NCBI GenBank assembly: GCA_028681335.1
Contig: JAQUIT010000007.1
Coordinates: 950-64,949, forward strand
Direction of reading: 5' to 3'
Length of the DNA: 64,000 bases
Source of the DNA: Desulfuromonadaceae bacterium
GTDB lineage: Bacteria; Desulfobacterota; Desulfuromonadia; Geobacterales; Pseudopelobacteraceae
This document shows positions 40,245 to 50,432 of the stretch, one piece after another. Each line of letters begins with the position of its first letter. Within the stretch, counting starts at the first letter, position 1. Under the pieces are notes generated by a model that worked only from the letters and a program-made list of their open reading frames with translations, ran no database searches and was not told the origin of the DNA. The position numbers and the translations under genes are program-made.

Positions 40245-42035
40245 ATGAAATACATGCGTTCAGAATTTATTAAGAGTACCTCAATCGTGTCAGCTTTCAT
40301 ACTGTCGGCAGCGTGCAGCGCCGCATACGCTGCTGATGGCGCTGGTGGCGTTCTTCAGCAACTTGAAAAAACCGATACAATGTACAAGTTCAAGAATCAG
40401 GCCCCACCGGTAGTGGAAAAAGAGGATAAAAAGCCGTCCATGGAGCAACAGCCGGCCAATGTCAGGGTTTTTGTAAAGAGATTTCGGCTTGAAGGGAATA
40501 CCCTGATAAGCGAGAAGGAACTCCTGTCGGGCATTAAACTTGGCAGCGGGAAAGATATGACTCTGGACGAAATTAAAAGTGTGGCTGACATGATTACGGC
40601 CAGATATCGCGCCAAAGGCTTCCTCATCGTTAATGCCTATGTACCGTCGCAAAGCATCTTCGACGGGGCTACCATAATAAAAAGCAAAAGCGGTTTTCAT
40701 ATTGTAAATGCGTTTGGGGCGGTCATGATAAAGGTTGTCGAAGGGAAAGTCGGGACTGTTTCCGTAACCGGCAACGATTATTACAAGAGTTCATTTATTG
40801 AAGGCTATCTGAACACGGTGAGAAAGGACCCTTCACTGAAGGAGGAGGCGTTGGAAAGGGCGCTGCTTCTCCTTGGTGAGTACGAGTCCCTGTCGGTGAA
40901 GGCAACGCTGAAAGCCGGAACCGAATTCGGGACGACGGATATCATCGCCACGGTAACAGATAAATTCCCGCTATCCGGCACGGTTGCCTATGACAACTTT
41001 GGTGTGAAGTCCACGAGCAAGAATCGCCTCTCAGCATCACTGAATGTCGGCAATTCGATCACGAGCGGAGATGTTCTCAAGCTGAACGGCATTATCGGGC
41101 TGGATGACCTGGATCCGGGCAGGCTCTCATACGGGCGTGCCGAATATATCGTCCCGGTGGGAGTCTTCGGTACACAGGTCGGCGCCTACTATTCGAACAC
41201 GGTATACAGTGTTGGCGGAGTGGATCCGCTTGCCACATTGGGGCTTAACGGTAAAGCGCATGTTGCCGGTATCTATGCAACCCATCCGCTAATAAAGAAG
41301 CGCAGTGAAAGCCTTACAATAAGATTTGGTGGCGAATACACTTCTCTGCATGACAACCTGCTGGGGAGCACCCAGGATAAAGATGAAATCCGCAAGATGG
41401 TGACGGGGATTTCCTACGAATCGACGGACAGATTCCTGGGGAGAAATTTCGTCGGCTTCGGCTATGCACAGGGAATCGGCGCCTTATTGGGTGGTACGGA
41501 AAAAGGGGCGCTTAATCCCAGTCCCAGTTATCTCGGCGCTGACAACATGTTCAGTAAATTCAATCTTGATGCGATGAGATTGCAAAAACTGCCCGGCTAT
41601 AATTATCTGACGGCAAAGGGGAGCTTCCAGTATTCGCCGGACCGCCTCTTTTCCGCAGAGAGAATGCAGCTTGGCGGTGAAGGTTCCGTAAGGGGGTTCA
41701 AGCCGGCCAGCGTAAGCGGAGACAGCGCCTACTTCACGTCACTGGAGCTGTTACTGTCGCCCCTCTATCCCGAAGCTGAGATATTCGGGCAGAAGGTGGG
41801 CAATACGCTGAAATTTGCCCTGTTCACCGATTACGGCGGGGTAATCAACACGAGTCCACGTCCCTCGGAAATAACGTCCGCAAAACTTTCAAGTATTGGT
41901 GCCGGACTAAGGCTGTACGGCGGCAGCACGCTTTACTGCAAACTTGATTGGGCGCTGCCCGGTGAGGACGGCGGTTACAGCGGCTTTAAAGTGGATAACA
42001 GCCGGATTTATTTCCAGACGGTAGTGTCGTTCTAA
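40245..42035 (+). CDS. Two-partner secretion outer-membrane transporter (ShlB/FhaC/HecB family TpsB)
   Basis: 596 aa. Signal peptide ending AYAADG, a POTRA-type VKRFRLEGNTLISEKELL, a 16-strand-barrel-sized C-terminal region and an aromatic terminus VVSF. Confidence 0.88.
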   Translation: MKYMRSEFIKSTSIVSAFILSAACSAAYAADGAGGVLQQLEKTDTMYKFKNQAPPVVEKEDKKPSMEQQPANVRVFVKRFRLEGNTLISEKELLSGIKLGSGKDMTLDEIKSVADMITARYRAKGFLIVNAYVPSQSIFDGATIIKSKSGFHIVNAFGAVMIKVVEGKVGTVSVTGNDYYKSSFIEGYLNTVRKDPSLKEEALERALLLLGEYESLSVKATLKAGTEFGTTDIIATVTDKFPLSGTVAYDNFGVKSTSKNRLSASLNVGNSITSGDVLKLNGIIGLDDLDPGRLSYGRAEYIVPVGVFGTQVGAYYSNTVYSVGGVDPLATLGLNGKAHVAGIYATHPLIKKRSESLTIRFGGEYTSLHDNLLGSTQDKDEIRKMVTGISYESTDRFLGRNFVGFGYAQGIGALLGGTEKGALNPSPSYLGADNMFSKFNLDAMRLQKLPGYNYLTAKGSFQYSPDRLFSAERMQLGGEGSVRGFKPASVSGDSAYFTSLELLLSPLYPEAEIFGQKVGNTLKFALFTDYGGVINTSPRPSEITSAKLSSIGAGLRLYGGSTLYCKLDWALPGEDGGYSGFKVDNSRIYFQTVVSF

Positions 42036-42069
42036 GATACTGAACACGTAGTGATTCAGGAGGAAACTC

Positions 42070-45000
42070 ATGCAACAACACCATAAGTTTAGTGCGGCCG
42101 GTACGGCAGTCTGTACCCTCACGCTTTTATCCGGATTAGCAGCCTCCCCCTGTTACGCCCTGCCGCAAAATGGTGCTGTTGTCGGAGGAACGGCGACCAT
42201 TGCGCAGCCGAACACCACGACCATGAATATCAATCAGACCTCCGCCAACGCCATCATAAATTGGCAGGGGTACAATATCGGTGCCAATGAGGCGGTAAAG
42301 TATATCCAGCCCGGCAGCAGCTCGATTGCCCTGAACAGGGTGACCGGTGTCGACCCCTCGTATATTTACGGCCTCCTCTCCGGCAACGGCCAGGTCTGGG
42401 TGATAAATCCCAACGGCCTGCTGGTCGGTCCCGGGGCAACGGTACAAACCGGCAGCTTCCTCGCCTCAACCATGAATATCACCGATGAAAATTTCCTCTC
42501 CGGTAAACATCTCTTCACCACCACGCCAGGCTCTCAGGCATCAATCGTCAACCAGGGAAATATTACGGCCGCAAACGGCGGCTATGTGGTTCTTGCCGCT
42601 CCCACGGTCAGTAATTCCGGCACGATCGTCGCGAACCTGGGCTCGGTGCATCTGGCATCGGGCGACACCGCGACTCTCACGATTGATAACGGCAGCCTCA
42701 TCAACGTGGCGGTAGACGGTGCGGTTGCTGCACAGGCGCTCGGGGTCTCCAATAGCGGCCGCATAAGCGCCGCTGGCGGCCAGGTGGTAATGACGGCAAA
42801 AGTTGCCGGCGACATCATGAAGAGTATCGTCAATAACGACGGGATTATCGAAGTAAATTCCACTCTTGATGGCAGCGGCTTTATCCTTCTGGACAGTGGC
42901 GACTACGGGATTGCGGCAAACAGCGGCATCCTCGATGCGTCGGGCAAAAACGCGGGAGAGGTTGGCGGTACGGTCAAGGTCCTGGGCGAGAAGGTGGCTC
43001 TATACGCCGGTTCAACCATTGATGTGTCCGGCGATGCCGGCGGCGGCACGGTACTGGCCGGCGGAAACTTCCACGGGGCAGGAGCGGAGCAGAACGCCTC
43101 CATGATCTATGTGGATAAAGACGCTTCCATAAAGGCCGATGCGCTCACTAATGGTAACGGCGGCACGGTGGCGGTCTGGTCGGATGATGCGACCCGTTTT
43201 TACGGCACCATATCCGCAAAAGGGGGGGCTAAGGGGGGCAACGGCGGCTTCGCCGAAGTGTCCGGCAGGCATTCATTGACCTATGCGGGGCTTGTCAACC
43301 TCGGCGCGGCAAAAGGTGCGACCGGGACGCTGCTGCTCGACCCTGACGAAATCACCATCATTCACGGTGCCGGCGACACAAATATTCTGGTAACCGGCAC
43401 AAGTCCCTTTGACGATACAAGTTCCGGCAGTGGTTCTCTTCTTTCCGATGGCACACTTACTACCCAGCTGGGCACTGCAAGCGTTTCGGTTATAACCTCA
43501 ACAGGCAATATAACCTCCAACTCCGGTGTGATTATCGATATTAACAGCAACACGCTGACGCTTGACTCTGCGAAAGACATTACACTGGGTGGTCTCTTCA
43601 GCGACACCGGCGCAGCAGGCACCCTCGCGTTGAAAATAGGTCAAAGCGGCAGCGGCGGGACGCTCACCATTCCCGGTACCACCACGATCGATGCGAATAA
43701 CGTGACCGTTAGCGGCGGAACCGGAAGCGACACGATAAACGTCACTCGTGATGCGGACATGACGCTCACGAATACAGCGCTGACGGTCGGTACCGCCTAT
43801 ACACTCAACCACGCGAGTATTGAGTCTGCCGTCCTGACGGGTGGTGCGGGCGACAATGTCATCGATGCCGGTGGTTGGGGAGGATCCGCTTCGATCTATG
43901 ATACCGGCGGTGCGGATACGCTCACCGGCAATGGTGCGCATACGACCCTCATCGGTTCAAACAGCGGCTCAACGTTTGCAATATCAGGATCGAATGCCGG
44001 TACGCTCAACGGTGTTACAACGTTTTCCGGGATCACAAGTCTGATCGGCGGTTCGAATGCAGACACCTTTACGTTGAACACAGGGAGTTTCAACGGCTCG
44101 ATTGCCGGCGGTGGCGGCACTGACACACTGGCCGCAACCAACGGCACCAACAGCTGGCAGGTGACAGGAGCGAACGCCGGCACGCTGAACACAACGACAA
44201 CCTTTTCGGGGATCACGAACCTGGCCGGCGGTGTGGACGCAGATACGTTCACGTTGGGAGTGCCGACTTTCGGCGGCTCGATTGCCGGTGGCGGCGGCTC
44301 CGACACGGTGGCTGCCGCTAACGGCACCAACAGCTGGCAGGTGACAGGAGCGAACGCCGGCACGCTAAACACAACGACGACCTTTGCGGGGATCACGAAT
44401 CTGTCAGGCGGTTCAGTGGCAGACACCTTCACGTTAGCCACGGATATTACCACTTTCAACGGCTCGATTGACGGCGGTGGCGGCACCGACACTCTCCATG
44501 TGACCAACGGGAGCAACGCCTGGCAGACGACCGGCACCAACAGCGGCACGCTGAACGCAACGACAGCTTTTTCCGGGATTACCAATCTGTCAGGCGGGTC
44601 CGGTGCCGATACAATCACACTGGGGGTTTCGACGTATAACGGCTCGATAACCGGCGGTGGCGGCATCGACACACTTGCCGCCAGTAACGGGGCCAATATG
44701 TGGCAGTCAACCGGTTCGAACAGCGGCACACTGAACACAACCACACTCTTTTCAGGAATTACGAATCTGACCGGCGGTTCCGGTGTTGATACGCTGACGG
44801 GCCGTAATGTCATCAATAGCTGGAATATTACGGGCGCCAAAGCGGTAACAGTTGACAGCATGAACGCAACAGGAATGGATGCACTGGCAGGCGGTTCGGC
44901 CGCCGATACCTTCAGGTTGGCTACCGGTGTTTCAACATTCAACGGTTCCGTTACCGGCGGTGGTGGGAGCGACTTACTTGCCGCTATCAATGGAACCAAC

Positions 45001-48000
45001 GCCTGGCAGGTGACGGGAGCGAATGCCGGTACGCTGAATGGAACGACATCCTTTTCAGGAATCACGAGCCTGAGCGGCGGTACCGGTGCGGATACGTTCC
45101 GCTTAGGTTCGGGTGTTCCGGTTTTCAGCGGCTCGATTACCGGTGGTGGTGGTGTCGACACCGTTGCTGCTACCAACGGGGTCAACTTGTGGCAGGTGAC
45201 CGGAAATAATGCCGGCACACTGAACGGCTCCACAATTTTTTCAGCGATTACCAACCTTGGCGGTGGCACCGATAGCGACACGTTAACGGGACTGAATTCA
45301 ACCAATACGACCGGGTGGAGTATTACCGGCATCAATGCTGCGACTATCAACAGCATGAACGCAAGCGGAATGGATGCGCTCGTCGGCGGCACCGGAAAAG
45401 ACATCTTTACGTTGGCTACGGGAATATCGGGTTTCAACGGCTCGATTACCGGCGGTGGCGGTATTGACACGCTGGCCGCCACCAACGGCACCAACAGTTG
45501 GCAGGTGACCGGGCCTGCTGTCGGAACGCTGAACGGTTCCACAACTTTTTCAGGGATCACAACTCTGGCGGGCGGTTCCGGAGCGGATACCTTCAGGCTG
45601 AGTGCGGATGTTCCGGTTTTCAACGGTTCGATCAGCGGCGGTGGCGGCGTTGACACGCTTGCTGCTACCAACGGCCCCAACGTCTGGCAGGTGACCGGAG
45701 CTAATGCCGGTACGCTGAATAGTACCACGGTCTTTTCGGGGATCACGAACCTGACCGGCGGCGTCGATAGCGATACGCTGAAGGGGCGCAATACCACCAA
45801 TGACTGGCGTATCACCGGCCAGACCGCCGCGACAGTGGACGGCATGAGTGCCACCTTGATGGATGCACTGGTTGGCGGTACGGCTGCGGACACATTTACA
45901 CTGAATGCCGGCATAGCGACTTTCAACGGGCCGATCAGCGGCGGTGGCGGCGTTGATACGCTTGCCGCTACCAATGGCCCCAACACCTGGCAGGTGACCG
46001 GAGCTAATACCGGCACACTGAACGCGACCACAACTTTTTCCGGGATGACGAATCTGACCGGTGGCTCGGATGCAGACGTGTTTACGCTTGGCACGGGGGT
46101 AACAAGTTTCAACGGTTTGATCGCCGGTGGTGGCGGTACCGACACACTGGCGATGACTGACGGCAGTAACGCATGGAAACTCGGCGGAGCTAATGCCGGT
46201 ACGCTGAACACGACGACTGTTTTCTCCGGGATCACCAACCTTAACGGCGGCACGGATACTGATACCCTCACGGGTACTAATCAGACGTACACCTTGGACA
46301 ACCTTATTCAGGACAAGGGGAGCAACGGCAACGTAAACTGGACGTCAATGGAGAATCTGACCGACACCGCTGCGGGTGTCTTCAAATTTGGCACGGCAGG
46401 GAGCGTCTCAGGCAACATTGCCGCCTCGGGCGGTACGCTGGATTACACCGACCGCACCATAGCAGTAAACATGAACCTGGCCGCCGGTACCGGCACCGGT
46501 ATCGGCATCGGCGGTGCCTGGAGCGGGATAGGCCACGTGATCGGCAGCGGTAACGCCGACACTCTCAGTGGCACCTCGCAAACCTACAACCTGACCGCAG
46601 CCAATGCAGGTAACAATGGCGTTGTCTCCTGGACATCATTTGAGAAAATAGATGACAGCGGCATCGGCACACTAACGACCTCAGGCGGTCAGACCTACAA
46701 CCTGACGGGCGCCGACAGCGGGACTGTGACAACGCTGCTGCCGGGTGGCTACACCGGCATCGGAAACCTTCATGATGCGGGCGCCGGCATTTTCAGGTTC
46801 AGCACTGGCGGTGCAGTATCCGGCGGCATCACGGCAACGGACGGCACGCTGGACTATTCAGGAGCCGCGGGGCCGGTTGCACTGAACCTTAGTTCAAAAA
46901 CCGGCAGCGGTATCGGTACCACGTGGAGTGGAATCACTACCGTGACCGGCAGTGGCGGTTTACTGGATACTATTGGCGGAACTAACGCCACCTACAACCT
47001 GACTGCGGCCAATGCCGGCAACAGCGGCGGCATTTTCTGGACTTCATTTGAGAAGATAGCCGACACCGGGACCGGATCCATCACGACAGGCGGCGGCCGG
47101 ACCTTCAACCTGACCGGCGCCAACAGCGGTGACGTAACAACCTTGCTGCCGGGCGGCTACACGAACATTGGTAACCTGTCGGATTCCGCTGCAGGGAACT
47201 TCCTGTTTGGACCGGGTGGCGCTGTTTCCGGAAATATTACTGCTGATAACGGCACATTGGCTTACGCCGCTTATAATGCCGACGTACACGTCAATCTCGG
47301 CGGCACGGTCGGCGCTACCACCGGCATCGGCGGCAGCTGGAGCGGCATCGGCACGGTGACCGGCAGCAGCGGCTTGCAGGACACTATTGGCGGGACCAAT
47401 GCAACCTACAACCTGACGGGGCTGAACAGCGGCACCGACGGCATCGTCTCCTGGACATCCTTTGAGAACCTGCATGATACGGCTGCCGGGATATTCAAAT
47501 TTACTGCAGCAGGCGGCGTCACGGGCGGTGTCTCCGCAACAGGCGGTACGCTGGACTATTCGGAACTCACCGGGCCGGTAACGGTGGATCTGACGGCACA
47601 GAGTGCTCCCAATATCGGCACCGCCTGGAGCGGGATTACCACGGTGGCCGGCAGCGCAAGCGGTGCCGATAGTCTCACCGGCAGCAACCAGGCGTACAAC
47701 CTGACAGGCGTTGACACCGGCAGCAACGGCAGCCTCAACTGGGTTTCGTTCGAGAATATCTTCGGCGTGGGCGGAAACAACTCTTACAGCGGAATCAGCG
47801 GTTCTCTGCTCTCCGGCGCGATCAGTGACAGCGGCAGCGCTGCCACCGTCCAGGGCTATCTACAGACCGGGGGCGCCCAGACCTATGCCGGTCCGGTGAC
47901 GCTTGCAGGCGCGACAACCATGACTTCAAACGGCTCCGGTGACATCACCTTTGCCGGCACGGTAGCCAGTGACGCGACTCCCCGTGACCTGACGGTAGGT

Positions 48001-49083
48001 ACCTCCGGCGTAATCACCTTTGCCGCTGCTGTCGGAGCAACACCGCTCAACAGCCTGACGATCAATGCCGGGGGCACGACCCATATCAACGGCGGTCTGG
48101 TTGCAACGAGCGGAGCGGCCGGCCAGACGTACAACAACGACGTTGTCCTTGCCACTGACACTACTTTGAACGCCGCTTCCGGCGCAATTTCCGAGGGAAG
48201 CAGCGGTTCCATCACGACTCCGGGGCTTTTGACCACACTGTCCGGCAGTGGTCAGGACCTCGTCGGCAACGGCGCCAATGCCATCGCCTTCTTTGATGCC
48301 ACCAACAGCAGCAGCGGTGATATCAACCTGACTAACAATGCACAGCCGCTGACCATTGCCGGTATTAACCAGGCCGGTGGCGGACTCAACATAACAAACA
48401 GCGGTGCAATTACCAGTTCCGGCCCCTTGACGGTAAGCGGTACAACGTCAATAACCGCTGTCGGTCAGCCGATTACCCTGACCAATGTCAATAATGACTT
48501 TGTCGGCAGCGTGGCCGTAACCGGAGCAGCAACCGAAATCACGGACAAAAATGATCTGGCCGTGGTTCTGGATACCACCGGCACGACAACCGTGACAGCC
48601 GGCGCAAACCTGACTCTCGCCGGTACGAGTACGGACACTGTTTCAGCAACAGCCGTTGCCAAGGTGACTTTGCTCGACCCGACGGCTTCACTGCTCACGG
48701 TAACCGGCGCAACAATCGTCGGCACCATGAACAATTCCAGCCCGCTCAATCTTACGACAACCAGTGATCATGACCCGATTACCGTTAACCTGACCGGTAA
48801 CCTCCCCTTCCTTACGCTTGAAGGTGATATAAAAACGCAAATCATGAGCCTCGGTTTATACAATGGGGCGATCGTCATGGGCACTGAGATGGATCATTAT
48901 AAGGAGTCGATTGACTTGAGAGCGGCAACCACAGCCCTGGCTGTCAACGCCGAACGATTCGGTACCATGGGGATGCAGGAGTCTTTTGGTAGCTTTTTCA
49001 ACATTGCGCCGCCGGCGAGCGGCATAGATGGCAGCCAGGCATTTATCGCGCCTGAGACGGAGCCGAAACTCATTGATCGCTGA
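42070..49083 (+). CDS. Giant TpsA exoprotein (filamentous-haemagglutinin-type TPS domain + repetitive beta-helical passenger)
   Basis: 2337 aa. Signal peptide, then a TPS domain with ANAIINWQGYNIGANEAVKY and VWVINPNGLLVG (NPNG motif). The rest is Gly/Thr/Asn/Ala-rich repeats. No VENN or other pretoxin motif at the C-terminus. Confidence 0.9.
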   Translation: MQQHHKFSAAGTAVCTLTLLSGLAASPCYALPQNGAVVGGTATIAQPNTTTMNINQTSANAIINWQGYNIGANEAVKYIQPGSSSIALNRVTGVDPSYIYGLLSGNGQVWVINPNGLLVGPGATVQTGSFLASTMNITDENFLSGKHLFTTTPGSQASIVNQGNITAANGGYVVLAAPTVSNSGTIVANLGSVHLASGDTATLTIDNGSLINVAVDGAVAAQALGVSNSGRISAAGGQVVMTAKVAGDIMKSIVNNDGIIEVNSTLDGSGFILLDSGDYGIAANSGILDASGKNAGEVGGTVKVLGEKVALYAGSTIDVSGDAGGGTVLAGGNFHGAGAEQNASMIYVDKDASIKADALTNGNGGTVAVWSDDATRFYGTISAKGGAKGGNGGFAEVSGRHSLTYAGLVNLGAAKGATGTLLLDPDEITIIHGAGDTNILVTGTSPFDDTSSGSGSLLSDGTLTTQLGTASVSVITSTGNITSNSGVIIDINSNTLTLDSAKDITLGGLFSDTGAAGTLALKIGQSGSGGTLTIPGTTTIDANNVTVSGGTGSDTINVTRDADMTLTNTALTVGTAYTLNHASIESAVLTGGAGDNVIDAGGWGGSASIYDTGGADTLTGNGAHTTLIGSNSGSTFAISGSNAGTLNGVTTFSGITSLIGGSNADTFTLNTGSFNGSIAGGGGTDTLAATNGTNSWQVTGANAGTLNTTTTFSGITNLAGGVDADTFTLGVPTFGGSIAGGGGSDTVAAANGTNSWQVTGANAGTLNTTTTFAGITNLSGGSVADTFTLATDITTFNGSIDGGGGTDTLHVTNGSNAWQTTGTNSGTLNATTAFSGITNLSGGSGADTITLGVSTYNGSITGGGGIDTLAASNGANMWQSTGSNSGTLNTTTLFSGITNLTGGSGVDTLTGRNVINSWNITGAKAVTVDSMNATGMDALAGGSAADTFRLATGVSTFNGSVTGGGGSDLLAAINGTNAWQVTGANAGTLNGTTSFSGITSLSGGTGADTFRLGSGVPVFSGSITGGGGVDTVAATNGVNLWQVTGNNAGTLNGSTIFSAITNLGGGTDSDTLTGLNSTNTTGWSITGINAATINSMNASGMDALVGGTGKDIFTLATGISGFNGSITGGGGIDTLAATNGTNSWQVTGPAVGTLNGSTTFSGITTLAGGSGADTFRLSADVPVFNGSISGGGGVDTLAATNGPNVWQVTGANAGTLNSTTVFSGITNLTGGVDSDTLKGRNTTNDWRITGQTAATVDGMSATLMDALVGGTAADTFTLNAGIATFNGPISGGGGVDTLAATNGPNTWQVTGANTGTLNATTTFSGMTNLTGGSDADVFTLGTGVTSFNGLIAGGGGTDTLAMTDGSNAWKLGGANAGTLNTTTVFSGITNLNGGTDTDTLTGTNQTYTLDNLIQDKGSNGNVNWTSMENLTDTAAGVFKFGTAGSVSGNIAASGGTLDYTDRTIAVNMNLAAGTGTGIGIGGAWSGIGHVIGSGNADTLSGTSQTYNLTAANAGNNGVVSWTSFEKIDDSGIGTLTTSGGQTYNLTGADSGTVTTLLPGGYTGIGNLHDAGAGIFRFSTGGAVSGGITATDGTLDYSGAAGPVALNLSSKTGSGIGTTWSGITTVTGSGGLLDTIGGTNATYNLTAANAGNSGGIFWTSFEKIADTGTGSITTGGGRTFNLTGANSGDVTTLLPGGYTNIGNLSDSAAGNFLFGPGGAVSGNITADNGTLAYAAYNADVHVNLGGTVGATTGIGGSWSGIGTVTGSSGLQDTIGGTNATYNLTGLNSGTDGIVSWTSFENLHDTAAGIFKFTAAGGVTGGVSATGGTLDYSELTGPVTVDLTAQSAPNIGTAWSGITTVAGSASGADSLTGSNQAYNLTGVDTGSNGSLNWVSFENIFGVGGNNSYSGISGSLLSGAISDSGSAATVQGYLQTGGAQTYAGPVTLAGATTMTSNGSGDITFAGTVASDATPRDLTVGTSGVITFAAAVGATPLNSLTINAGGTTHINGGLVATSGAAGQTYNNDVVLATDTTLNAASGAISEGSSGSITTPGLLTTLSGSGQDLVGNGANAIAFFDATNSSSGDINLTNNAQPLTIAGINQAGGGLNITNSGAITSSGPLTVSGTTSITAVGQPITLTNVNNDFVGSVAVTGAATEITDKNDLAVVLDTTGTTTVTAGANLTLAGTSTDTVSATAVAKVTLLDPTASLLTVTGATIVGTMNNSSPLNLTTTSDHDPITVNLTGNLPFLTLEGDIKTQIMSLGLYNGAIVMGTEMDHYKESIDLRAATTALAVNAERFGTMGMQESFGSFFNIAPPASGIDGSQAFIAPETEPKLIDR
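44047..46290 (+). repeat. In-frame tandem repeats, family 1 (180-bp / 60-aa unit, some about 100-aa extended units; about 10 units)
   Basis: Unit GGSxADTFTLxxxxxxFNGSIxGGGGxDTLAATNGTNSWQVTGANAGTLNxTTxFSGITNL. For example, 44101-44220 and 44281-44400 share an identical 47-mer aacggcaccaacagctggcaggtgacaggagcgaacgccggcacgct. A higher-order period of about 165 aa is visible. Confidence 0.9.
46290..47770 (+). repeat. In-frame tandem repeats, family 2 (about 135-aa / 400-bp unit, about 3.5 units)
   Basis: Unit TYNLTAANAGNxGxxSWTSFEKIxD...NLTGAxSGxVTTLLPGGYTxIGNL...GGAVSGxITAxxGTLxY...WSGIxTVTGSxGLxDTIGGTNA. Confidence 0.85.
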
Positions 49084-49203
49084 TTTGCCCGGCGAGAGGT
49101 ATTTCAAGCTCCCTTTACAGTGTTTACAATTAGATGATATAAGTGGCGAACGGTACGCGAGTCCGCTTACACGTCAGAGCAAAGAGTGGTAAAGGAGAAA
49201 ATT

Positions 49204-49806
49204 ATGAAGATACTGTTGGGAGCTATGATGGCTCTGTCCATTATCTGTCTTGCCGGTGGCTGTGCAACCTACTCCGCTACCGACAGCAGCGCACCGATAG
49301 AAAAAGATGTCGCCCTTCCCCCGGTCGGTGACTTTAACGACAAAATGAAAAACCTTGCCGATCAGCTTGACAAAAATGCCGGTGCCAACAGTCTGTCCAA
49401 CATTTACATCGTCACAAGTTTTACGAATCTGGACAAAATCGACGATACGATGGCGCTTGGGCGCCTGATTTCCGAAAACCTCATATATGGTCTGCAGATG
49501 CATAAATGGCGGATCATCGAGATCAGGCTGACGAAAGGGGTTGATGTCAATGCGGCGGGAGAGTTCTTTCTGAGCAGGGATATCAATAAACTGCGCGATG
49601 AATACAAGATAAGCGGCGTTATTACCGGCACATACTCTGTTGCCGAAGGTAACCTGACGATAAATGCCCGTGTGATTGACGTCAACACCGGTGAAGTGAT
49701 CTCTTCGGCTCAGACGTACGTACCGGTAAATATGGTGCCTAAGGCGCAGCCCCGGAATGAGAATACCAATAAAACAATGAAAATTGTCAGCGACGGGATC
49801 AACTAG
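49204..49806 (+). CDS. FlgO-family outer-membrane lipoprotein (non-flagellar context), copy 1
   Basis: Lipobox LAGGC (MKILLGAMMALSIICLAGGCA) with AGGAG upstream of ATG 49204. Core VTSFTNLDKIDDTMALGRLISENL...IEIRL...GEFFLSRDINKL...GTYSVAEGNLTINARVIDVNTGEVISS matches my recollection of the FlgO-family pattern. Confidence 0.6.
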   Translation: MKILLGAMMALSIICLAGGCATYSATDSSAPIEKDVALPPVGDFNDKMKNLADQLDKNAGANSLSNIYIVTSFTNLDKIDDTMALGRLISENLIYGLQMHKWRIIEIRLTKGVDVNAAGEFFLSRDINKLRDEYKISGVITGTYSVAEGNLTINARVIDVNTGEVISSAQTYVPVNMVPKAQPRNENTNKTMKIVSDGIN

Positions 49807-49807
49807 C

Positions 49808-50428
49808 ATGAATATATTTAAAACTGCAGTGGCGGCCTGTGTGGTGATAGTTCTCAGCGGTTGTGCTTCCCAGAGCGTGGTCAAACGCTATAGTACCTGC
49901 TCCGGCAAATCGTTCAACCAACTGCTGGAGGCAACCGAGCTGAAACCGCTCTTCAACGATATTGCCCGTGAGCTCTGCTCGGAGCCGTGTGTCAATGAAG
50001 ATGGTACGCCGACTGAGACGAGGTCAAAATGTTCCAGCGGCAACGACAGTACTGATTATTCTGTCCTGATTACCGACTTTGTTGACATTCAATCCTTCGC
50101 TCCGGCGTCTCAAGGGCTGTTGATGGGGGAGTTAATGCGCGGCAGCCTCAGTTCGGTCTGCAGCACAAAGATAACGCAGGTCGAGTTCGCAAAATTCTTC
50201 AATCTGAATGAGAGGGGGCTGGTCGTGCTGTCACGGAAGGTTTCCGAGATAAAGAAGGACGAGTACGATCAAACTGAGGCTGTTGTCGGAACGTACAGCT
50301 ATCTCAACAATAAAATCGTCATATTTGTACGTAAAATTAATGTCGTGTCCGGCAAGATATCGCGGATGGTCACGCGTGAGATCGATTATAACTGCGCTGG
50401 CGGCACGGTGAGCTACAGCGTTAAATAA
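49808..50428 (+). CDS. FlgO-family outer-membrane lipoprotein, copy 2 (diverged paralogue)
   Basis: Lipobox VLSGC (MNIFKTAVAACVVIVLSGCA). ATG 49808 begins 1 nt after the copy-1 stop. Core ITDFVDIQSFAPASQGLLMGELM...VVLSRKVSEIKKD...GTYSYLNNKIVIFVRKINVVSGKISR has the same architecture as copy 1. Confidence 0.55.
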   Translation: MNIFKTAVAACVVIVLSGCASQSVVKRYSTCSGKSFNQLLEATELKPLFNDIARELCSEPCVNEDGTPTETRSKCSSGNDSTDYSVLITDFVDIQSFAPASQGLLMGELMRGSLSSVCSTKITQVEFAKFFNLNERGLVVLSRKVSEIKKDEYDQTEAVVGTYSYLNNKIVIFVRKINVVSGKISRMVTREIDYNCAGGTVSYSVK

Positions 50429-50432
50429 CCCC

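Noticed and set aside
43896-46271. 791-aa ORF antisense to the TpsA repeat region
   Set aside because: Its periodic sequence (…VSVPPPPAIEPLK…) simply mirrors the sense-strand repeats. The sense frame has a signal peptide, a TPS domain and continuity over 7 kb. No independent start context was found.
47770-49083. TpsA as a contact-dependent inhibition toxin (CdiA) with a downstream immunity gene
   Set aside because: There is no VENN or other pretoxin demarcation motif, and the C-terminal 400 aa continue the Gly/Thr/Ala-rich beta-helix style. The downstream genes are lipobox proteins of about 200 aa, not a small cytoplasmic immunity protein.
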